64,000 nucleotides of DNA from Burkholderiales bacterium (GTDB lineage Bacteria > Pseudomonadota > Gammaproteobacteria > Burkholderiales > SG8-39): positions 89,630 to 153,629 of the forward strand of contig JBFFEY010000001.1 of assembly GCA_041558415.1 (NCBI GenBank), read 5' to 3'. The notes under the pieces are model-generated. The model ran no database searches, was not told the origin of the DNA, and saw only the letters and a program-made list of their open reading frames with translations. A program made the translations under genes and the position numbers. Positions 57,445 to 64,000 of this stretch are shown here, piece after piece. The stretch's first letter is position 1; the number at the start of each line of letters is the position of its first letter.

Positions 57445-59633
57445 AGGCGTTGCGCACTGTTTTCTATGCGCTCGGCGGCCTGGTGGTGCTGGTTGTCGCC
57501 GGTCTGATCGCGGTGGCCGTACTGTTCGATGCCAACGCGCTGAAGGGCGAAATCGAGCGCACGGTGCAGGAGAAAACGGGCCGCACGCTGAAGCTGGAGG
57601 GCAATCTCGAGCTTGCTTTCTGGCCGAGCATCGGCGCGTCGCTCGGCCGTGCCTCGCTCTCCGAGCGCGACGGCAAGGGCAGCTTCCTCGCGCTCGAGTC
57701 GGCGCACGTCTCGGTGGCGGTGATGCCGCTGCTGTCGAAGCAGCTCGTGGTGAGCGGCGTGCGGCTCGACGGTCTCAAGGCGACGGTGACGCGCGACAAG
57801 GCGGGGCGCTTCAACTTCGACGACCTGCTGGCCGCCCCGGCGGCGGCGAAGACGGACAAGCCCGGTGCGCCTGCGCCGCAGCCGCCCGCCGCAGGGGGTG
57901 CGGTGCGTTTCGACATCGGCAGCGTACGCATCGCGCGTTCGGCGCTCAGCTACCGCGACGCAAAAAGCGGGCAGGCGATCGACGTGTCGGGGCTCGACCT
58001 GCGCACCGGCCGCATTGCCGACGACACGCCGGGCAACTTCGAGCTTACCGCGCTGGTGAAGAGCAACACTCCGCTCGTCGACGCACGCGTCGCGCTGTCG
58101 GGCGGCTACCGCTTCAACCTGGCGAAGAAGGCCTTCGCGCTCTCCGGTCTGGACGCCAAGGTGGAGGGCGCCGCGGCGGGCATTAGCGGTCTGCTGCTCA
58201 CCCTGCAAGGCGACGTCGCCGCCGATCCCGCGGCGCAGACCTACGCGGTAAACGGTTTCGCGCTGAACGCCAAGGGTGCGCGCGCGCAGGATGCCTTCGA
58301 GGCGAAGATCACCGCGCCGAAGCTGGCGATCGCGCCGGACAGGGCGAGCGGCGCGGCGGTCGATGCCGCATTCACGTTGAAGAGCCCGCAGCGCAGTGCG
58401 GACGGCACCCTCAAGCTCTCCGGCGTCGAGGGCACGGCGAAAGCATTGAAAATCTCCAGCCTCGCGGCGCAGCTCAACCTGAGCGACCCGGCATTGCCGA
58501 TGAAGACGCTGAGCGTGCCGCTCAAGGGCACGCTGCAGGCCAATCTCGAGAAAGAGACGCTGCAGACGGATCTGACCTCGAAGTTCGACGAGACCAACCT
58601 CAAGGCAAAGCTCGGTCTTGCCAAGTTCTCGCCGCCGGCCGTCACCTTCGACATCGACGCCGATCGCTTGAACCTCGACCGCTACCTCGGCAAGCCGGCC
58701 GCAAGCGGCGGCCAGGGAGGCGGGGCGGCCTCCGGCGGCGGTGGCAGCGGCGGCGCAGCGGATCCGAAGGTCGATCTTTCCGGGCTGAAGGGCATCGACG
58801 CGCAGGGGCGCGTGCACATCGGTGCGTTGCAGGTGCAGAACGCCAAGCTCACGGACGTCACGGCGAATATCCGCCTGGCAAACGGCCGCCTCGACGTCAG
58901 TCCGCACTCGGCGAAGCTGTACCAGGGAGCGCTGTCGGGCGCGCTCAGTGCGGATGCCAACGGCAATCGCGTCGCGCTCAAGCAGACGCTCAGTAACGTG
59001 TCGGTCGGGCCGTTGCTGAGGGACGTCGCGCAGAAGGATGCGATCGAGGGCCGCGGCAACGTGACGCTCGATCTGCGGACCGCGGGCGGCACGGTTGGCA
59101 CGATGAAGAAGGCGCTTGCCGGCACGGCGCGCGTTAATCTGCGCGATGGCGCGGTGAAAGGCATCGACCTCGCCGAGACGCTGCGCAAGGCGAAGGCGGT
59201 GCTCGGCTCGAAGGACGCGCGCGAGCAACTTGCGCAGGGCGACAAGAAGACGGATTTCTCCGAGCTGAGCGGCAGCTTCAACGTCCAGAACGGCGTCGCG
59301 CGCAACAACGACCTGCAGGGCAAGGCGCCGCTATTCCGCCTCGCCGGCGCGGGCGATATCGACATCGGCAACTCGCGCATCAACTATCTCGCCAAGCCGA
59401 CCATCGTCGCGACCTCGAAAGGCCAGGGCGGTCGTGAGTTGGCGGAGCTGAACGGGGTGACCGTGCCGGTGCGGCTCGTCGGACCGTTCGACGCGGTGAA
59501 GTACCAGGTCGACTACGGTGCGGTGGCGACCGCGCTGGCCAAGTCGAAGATCACCGAGCAGATCACCGGCAAGTCGGGCAATGGCGGCTCGGTCTCGCCG
59601 CTCGACAAGCTGAAAAGCCTGTTCGGAAGATAG
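57441..59633 (+). CDS. AsmA-family outer-membrane-biogenesis protein
   Basis: N-terminal TM anchor (LGGLVVLVVAGLIAVAVLF). Long beta-rich repetitive body. C-terminal ...RLAGAGDIDIGNSRINYLAKP... typical of AsmA. 730 aa. Confidence 0.8.
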   Translation: MKALRTVFYALGGLVVLVVAGLIAVAVLFDANALKGEIERTVQEKTGRTLKLEGNLELAFWPSIGASLGRASLSERDGKGSFLALESAHVSVAVMPLLSKQLVVSGVRLDGLKATVTRDKAGRFNFDDLLAAPAAAKTDKPGAPAPQPPAAGGAVRFDIGSVRIARSALSYRDAKSGQAIDVSGLDLRTGRIADDTPGNFELTALVKSNTPLVDARVALSGGYRFNLAKKAFALSGLDAKVEGAAAGISGLLLTLQGDVAADPAAQTYAVNGFALNAKGARAQDAFEAKITAPKLAIAPDRASGAAVDAAFTLKSPQRSADGTLKLSGVEGTAKALKISSLAAQLNLSDPALPMKTLSVPLKGTLQANLEKETLQTDLTSKFDETNLKAKLGLAKFSPPAVTFDIDADRLNLDRYLGKPAASGGQGGGAASGGGGSGGAADPKVDLSGLKGIDAQGRVHIGALQVQNAKLTDVTANIRLANGRLDVSPHSAKLYQGALSGALSADANGNRVALKQTLSNVSVGPLLRDVAQKDAIEGRGNVTLDLRTAGGTVGTMKKALAGTARVNLRDGAVKGIDLAETLRKAKAVLGSKDAREQLAQGDKKTDFSELSGSFNVQNGVARNNDLQGKAPLFRLAGAGDIDIGNSRINYLAKPTIVATSKGQGGRELAELNGVTVPVRLVGPFDAVKYQVDYGAVATALAKSKITEQITGKSGNGGSVSPLDKLKSLFGR

Positions 59634-59636
59634 GCG

Positions 59637-60647
59637 TCAGATCCGGCCCTCTATCACGGCGTGGCAGGCCACTTGTCCCGAGGGCCGCGCCGCGAGCGCC
59701 GGTCGTTCCGCGCGGCAGCGCGCGTCGGCGTGCGGGCAGCGCGGATGGAAGGCACAGCCGCGCGGCGGGTCGAGCGGATTCGGCACTTCGCCGGCGACCG
59801 GGGTGCGCGCGCGCCCCGTCATGCCGAGATCGGGCAGCGCATCGAGCAGCATGCGGGTATACGGGTGTCGCGGACGGGCGAACAGCGCGTCGGCATCGGC
59901 GATCTCCACCAGCCGGCCGAGGTACATCACGCCGACGCGGTCGGCGACGTGCGCGACCACCGCGAGGTTGTGCGAGATGAACAGCACCGTCAGTCCGAGA
60001 CGCGCCTGCAGCTCGGTCATCAGGTTGAGGATCTGCGCCTGCACCGAAACGTCGAGCGCAGAGGTCGGCTCGTCGCAGACCAGGAACTCGGGATTGCCCG
60101 ACAGGGCACGGGCGATCGAGATGCGCTGACGCTGTCCGCCGGAGAATTCATGCGGGTACTTGCCGCCGTCGTCGGCGTTCAGCCCCACCTGCGTGAGCAA
60201 CGCGGCGACGCGCGCATCGACGTCGGCGCGCCGGCGGGCGAGGCCGAGCACGCGCAGCGGCTCGGCGACGATGTCGCGCACGCGCCAGCGCGGGTTGAGG
60301 CTGGCGTACGGGTCCTGGAAGATCATCTGCACGCGGCCGCGCCGCGAGGGGGCGCCGGCGGCCTGCGCGGCACCCGAGAGCACGACGCCGTCGAAGCGGA
60401 TGCGTCCGCGCGACGGCGCGTGCAGACCGACGATGAGGCGCGCGACGGTCGACTTGCCGCAGCCCGACTCACCGACCAGGGCGAGGGTCTCGCCGCGGCG
60501 GATGTCGAAGGAAACGCCGTCGACGGCGCGCAGCAGCTGGCGCGGCGCGCCCTCGAGCACGCGATTCAGCCAAGGCCGCGAGACGTCGAAGTCTCGTCCC
60601 ACGCCGTCGAGCTGCACCAGCGGCCGCGCTCCGGCGACCTCAGTCAT
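59637..60647 (-). CDS. Peptide/nickel-type ABC transporter ATP-binding protein (DppF/OppF-like)
   Basis: Walker A GESGCGKST, signature FSGGQRQRI, and the C-terminal oligopeptide-ABC extension with Cys motif CAFHPRCP. Confidence 0.88.
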   Translation of the reverse strand: MTEVAGARPLVQLDGVGRDFDVSRPWLNRVLEGAPRQLLRAVDGVSFDIRRGETLALVGESGCGKSTVARLIVGLHAPSRGRIRFDGVVLSGAAQAAGAPSRRGRVQMIFQDPYASLNPRWRVRDIVAEPLRVLGLARRRADVDARVAALLTQVGLNADDGGKYPHEFSGGQRQRISIARALSGNPEFLVCDEPTSALDVSVQAQILNLMTELQARLGLTVLFISHNLAVVAHVADRVGVMYLGRLVEIADADALFARPRHPYTRMLLDALPDLGMTGRARTPVAGEVPNPLDPPRGCAFHPRCPHADARCRAERPALAARPSGQVACHAVIEGRI

Positions 60648-61638
60648 CGGACGCTCCGTACAGCCAGCAGGCGACGAGCCCCGAACCGACCGGGCCGAGC
60701 GCGGGGCGCTCGGCCTCGCAGCGCGCCAGGCGCTGCGGGCAGCGCGGGTTGAAGGCGCAGCCCGGCGGAATGGCGTTCAGGCGCGGCATGGCGCCCTCGA
60801 TCTGCGCCAGCCGCGCGTGGCGTTTGCCCGCACCGCGGCCAAGCTTCGGAATCGAGCCCATCAGCCCGACCGTGTAGGGATGGCGCGGCGCATGGATCAC
60901 GTCGCGCACCGGGCCGACCTCGACGATGCGACCGGCGTACATCACGGCGACGCGGTCGGCGGTCTCGGCGATCACGCCCATGTCGTGCGTGATCAGCATG
61001 ACTGCGGTGCCGTGCTGGCGCGCGAGGCGCTTGAGCAGCGCGATGATCTGCGCCTGGATGGAGACGTCGAGCGCGGTGGTCGGCTCGTCCGCGATCACCA
61101 GCCGCGGCTCGGCGGCGAGCGCCAGCGCGATCACGACGCGTTGGCGCATGCCGCCGGAAAACTGGTGCGGGTAATGCTCGAAGCGCGCCTCGGCGGCCGG
61201 GATGCCGACCTCGCCGAGCAGCGCGATGGCGCGCGCCCGCGCCTGCACGGCGTCGAGATCGAGATGCGTGGTGATGGTCTCGACGAGTTGGCGGCCGATC
61301 GTGTAGAGCGGGTTGAGCGAGGTCAGCGGATCCTGAAAGATCGCGCCGATGCGCCGGCCGCGCACGCGCCGCATGCGCTCGGGCGGGAGAGCGTCGATGC
61401 GTTCGCCCTCGAGCCGGATCTGGCCCGCGGCGATGCGCCCGGGCGCTTCGAGCAGGCCGATGATGGCGGCACCGGTGAGCGACTTGCCGGCCCCCGACTC
61501 GCCGACTACGCCGAGAATCTCGCCCGGCGCGATGGAGAACGAGACGTCGTCGACCGCGACCAGCGTGCCGAACCGCGTCGGGAACTCGACGCGCAGGGCG
61601 CGCACGTCGAGCAGGGGCGGCGGCGTCGTTGCCGGCAT
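60640..61638 (-). CDS. Peptide/nickel-type ABC transporter ATP-binding protein (DppD/OppD-like)
   Basis: ATG at 61638, 4 nt after the permease stop. Walker A GESGAGKS, signature [10 protein letters not shown]-terminal CAFNPRCP. Confidence 0.88.
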   Translation of the reverse strand: MPATTPPPLLDVRALRVEFPTRFGTLVAVDDVSFSIAPGEILGVVGESGAGKSLTGAAIIGLLEAPGRIAAGQIRLEGERIDALPPERMRRVRGRRIGAIFQDPLTSLNPLYTIGRQLVETITTHLDLDAVQARARAIALLGEVGIPAAEARFEHYPHQFSGGMRQRVVIALALAAEPRLVIADEPTTALDVSIQAQIIALLKRLARQHGTAVMLITHDMGVIAETADRVAVMYAGRIVEVGPVRDVIHAPRHPYTVGLMGSIPKLGRGAGKRHARLAQIEGAMPRLNAIPPGCAFNPRCPQRLARCEAERPALGPVGSGLVACWLYGASDD

Positions 61639-61642
61639 CGGC

Positions 61643-62557
61643 TCAGCGCAGCTTGGGGTTGAGCGCGTCACGCAGCCAGTCGCCGAGCAGGTTGACCGAG
61701 AGCACCAGCACCACCAGCGCGAGCCCCGGGAAAATCGTGATCCACCACTCGCCGGAAAAGAGGAAGTCGTTACCGATGCGGATCAGGGTGCCGAGCGAGG
61801 GTTGCGTCGGCGGCATGCCGACGCCGAGGAAGGACAGCGTCGCTTCGGTGATGATCGCGGTGGCGATGTGAATCGTCGCCAGCACCAGCACCGGGCCCAT
61901 CACGTTCGGTAGCACGTGGCGCAGCATGATCGCCGCCGGCGCGCGGCCGATGACGCGTGCCGCCTGCACGTACTCCTTGTTGCGCTCGACCAGCGTCGAG
62001 CCGCGCACGGTGCGCGCGTACTGCACCCAGCCGGAAACGCCGATCGCCAGGATCAGCACCGGGATGGCGATGTGCGCGTGCGCGTCGGCGGGCAGCGCGA
62101 CGCGCGCCACGCCGTCGATCAATAGCGCGATGAGGATGGCCGGAAAGGAGAGCTGCACGTCGGCCACGCGCATGATGAAGGCGTCCAGCCGGCCGCCGCC
62201 ATAGCCGGCGAGCAGGCCCAGGCCGACGCCGAGCAGCATGGCGAACAGCACCGCGGCGATGCCGACGCCGAGCGAGACGCGCGCACCGTACATGATGGTG
62301 GAGAGCACGTCGCGTCCCTGGTCGTCGGTGCCGAGCAGGAACTTGGTGCCGCCGCCGTCGCTCCATACGGGTGGCGTAAAGGCGTCGTTCAGGTCGAGGG
62401 TGGCCAGATCGAAGGGGTTGTGCGGTGCGAGCCAGGGTGCGAACAGCGCGCCCGCCGCACAGATCAGCGTCAGCAGGGCCGCTGCGATGGTGACCGGCGA
62501 GCGGCGGAAGCTGTAGACGAGGTCCGAATCCCAGGCTCGAACGAGGGCGGCGCGCAT
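61643..62557 (-). CDS. Peptide-type ABC transporter permease (DppC/OppC-like)
   Basis: 304 aa. N-terminal ...LLGTDDQGRDVLS... motif characteristic of the C-type permease. BPD transporter core. Confidence 0.88.
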   Translation of the reverse strand: MRAALVRAWDSDLVYSFRRSPVTIAAALLTLICAAGALFAPWLAPHNPFDLATLDLNDAFTPPVWSDGGGTKFLLGTDDQGRDVLSTIMYGARVSLGVGIAAVLFAMLLGVGLGLLAGYGGGRLDAFIMRVADVQLSFPAILIALLIDGVARVALPADAHAHIAIPVLILAIGVSGWVQYARTVRGSTLVERNKEYVQAARVIGRAPAAIMLRHVLPNVMGPVLVLATIHIATAIITEATLSFLGVGMPPTQPSLGTLIRIGNDFLFSGEWWITIFPGLALVVLVLSVNLLGDWLRDALNPKLR

Positions 62558-62584
62558 GTCCTGTTACGGGCGCAGGGGCCAACG

Positions 62585-62608
62585 CGAAAAGGGGCGGTCA
62601 CCCGCCCC
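62585..62608 (-). terminator. Hairpin terminator/attenuator after the substrate-binding protein gene
   Basis: On the minus strand: GGGGCGG-GTGA-CCGCCCC followed by TTTTCGCG, starting 27 nt after the stop at 62635. Confidence 0.5.
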
Positions 62609-62634
62609 TCGTCGCCGCGCCGTGCGCCGAAACC

Positions 62635-64000
62635 CTATTTGATCGTCACCCAGCGCAGATAGTTGAAGTTGTCGGCGAGCTGCACGAGGCTGACGTTCTT
62701 CTTCATGCCCCAGCTGAGCGCCTGCTGGTGCAGCGGGATGTGGCCGAACGCTTCCTTGTGGATCTTGAAGGCCTCGCTGATCATCGCCTGGCGCTTCTTC
62801 GGATCGGTTTCCGAGGAAATCTGCGCGGTCAGCTCATCCACGCGCGTGTTCGAGTAGCTGCCGAGGTTGAACTGTCCCTGGCCCTTCGGTTCCGCGGCGG
62901 GCGTCGCCATCAGCGCGAACAGCGGGTTGTGCGAATCGTAGGAGCCGGGCGTCCAGCCGAGCAGGTAGAACGAGGTGTCGCGCTTCAGGATCTTGGGAAA
63001 GTACGTCGCCTTCGGCTCGGCGGTCAGGTTCACCTTGACGCCGATCTTGGCGAGCATCGCCGCGACCGCCTGGCAGATTTCGGCGTCGTTGACATAGCGG
63101 TCGTTCGGGCAGTTCATGCCGACCTCGAAGCCCTGGGGGTAGCCCGCGTCAGAAAGCAGCTTCTTCGCCGCGTTCGGGTCGTAGGCGTAGCGCCCGTTGA
63201 GCGCCTTGTCGAAGCCGTTGATGCCCGGCGCGACCATCAGGCCGGTGGGGGCGGAAGCGCCGCGCATGATGCGCTTCTGGATGGCGGCGATGTCGATCGC
63301 CTGGTAGAACGCCCTGCGTACGCGCACGTCCTTGAACGGGTTCTTGCCCTTGACGCTGGAAAACAGCAGCTCGTCGCGCGCCTGGTCCATGCCGAGGAAG
63401 ATCGTGCGCAGCTCCGGCCCCTGCAGCACCTTGAGCTTCGGGTTGGCGTCGATGCGCGCGACGTCCTGCAGCGGGACCGGCTGCATCATGTCGATCTCGC
63501 CCGAGATCAGCGCGGCGACGCGGGTGGCGTTGTTGCCGATCGGCGTGAAGATCACCTCGGTGAGGTTGTGCTCCTTCTTGCCCCACCAGTTCGGGTTCGG
63601 CACCAGCACCGTGCGCACGCCCGGCTCGCGCGACTTGAGCATGAACGGACCGGTGCCGTTGGCGTGGGTGCTGGCGTAGTTCTCGACGCCCTTGCGCACG
63701 TCGCTCGGTTTGACCGCGTTGTTCTTCTCGCACCAGGCCTTCGACATCATGCGCCACTGCGTGATGACCTGCGGCAGGATGGGAAACGGGGTCGCGGTGA
63801 CGATGTCGATGGTGTGATCGTCGATCTTCTTGATTTCCTTTACCGAGCCGACATAGGACTTGATGTCGGAGCCCTCGCCCTTGGCCCGCTCGTAGGAAAA
63901 GATGACGTCCTCTGCCGTGAATGGCGTGCCGTCGTGGAAGGTCACGCCCTTGCGCAGGTTGAAGCGCCACACCGTGGGCGCGGTCTGCTTCCACTCGGTG
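62635..64000 (-). CDS. Family-5 (DppA/OppA-like) ABC substrate-binding protein, N-terminus outside the window
   Basis: The frame stays open to the window edge (...TEWKQTAPTVWRFNLRKGVTFHDGTPFTAEDV...), with typical SBP_bac_5 blocks. Confidence 0.85.
   Translation of the reverse strand, partial: TEWKQTAPTVWRFNLRKGVTFHDGTPFTAEDVIFSYERAKGEGSDIKSYVGSVKEIKKIDDHTIDIVTATPFPILPQVITQWRMMSKAWCEKNNAVKPSDVRKGVENYASTHANGTGPFMLKSREPGVRTVLVPNPNWWGKKEHNLTEVIFTPIGNNATRVAALISGEIDMMQPVPLQDVARIDANPKLKVLQGPELRTIFLGMDQARDELLFSSVKGKNPFKDVRVRRAFYQAIDIAAIQKRIMRGASAPTGLMVAPGINGFDKALNGRYAYDPNAAKKLLSDAGYPQGFEVGMNCPNDRYVNDAEICQAVAAMLAKIGVKVNLTAEPKATYFPKILKRDTSFYLLGWTPGSYDSHNPLFALMATPAAEPKGQGQFNLGSYSNTRVDELTAQISSETDPKKRQAMISEAFKIHKEAFGHIPLHQQALSWGMKKNVSLVQLADNFNYLRWVTIK

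Overview
This is a visibly GC-rich stretch (codon third positions are almost all G/C). It looks like core chromosome of a betaproteobacterium; the gene content is Rhodocyclales-like (Azoarcus/Thauera/Aromatoleum), but that placement is inference only. No integrases, transposases, CRISPR arrays or rRNA genes were seen.

Gene order, left to right:
- A LIV-type ABC importer, whose last ATPase gene has no stop codon and reads in frame into an aldehyde dehydrogenase, followed by an FAD monooxygenase.
- An SDR, an EamA transporter and a DUF853 ATPase, all on the minus strand.
- yebC-ruvC-ruvA-ruvB.
- A DUF2330 / RnfD-like gene pair.
- ybgC-tolQRAB-pal-cpoB-queC.
- A YeeE/YedE sulfur transporter, tRNA-Lys(UUU), and a SorA-like molybdoenzyme with a diheme cytochrome c.
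- Divergent oxyR and a Prx5-Grx hybrid peroxiredoxin.
- A TRAP transporter (DctPQM-type).
- A minus-strand cassette: aldo/keto reductase, DUF971, B12-type radical SAM with a C-terminal CCAEP tail, and ATP-grasp.
- A 400-bp intergenic region with an AT-rich patch and a candidate small RNA carrying a CCU-repeat anti-Shine-Dalgarno loop.
- A Met-rich cytochrome c plus a porin.
- A roughly 620-bp stretch with no credible gene.
- A 941-aa autotransporter-like protein with an extra C-terminal barrel-like module.
- A FecR-domain protein divergent from a DegP-family protease.
- spoT-rpoZ-gmk-yicC (minus), then a PP2C phosphatase, rph, rdgB and hemW.
- trmB-thiG-thiS-proVWX (minus), then tRNA-Gly(CCC).
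- MarC, a methyltransferase, a 5'-nucleotidase and an AsmA-family protein.
- A peptide-type ABC importer (F, D, C, substrate-binding protein) with only one permease gene in the window.

The observations I consider most worth following up:
1. The AKR-DUF971-rSAM(CCAEP)-ATP-grasp cassette.
2. The anti-SD small-RNA candidate.
3. The tandem-barrel autotransporter.
4. The LivF stop-loss fusion.
5. The DUF2330/RnfD-like pair.

All functional calls rest on reading motifs in the supplied translations. No database search could be run.
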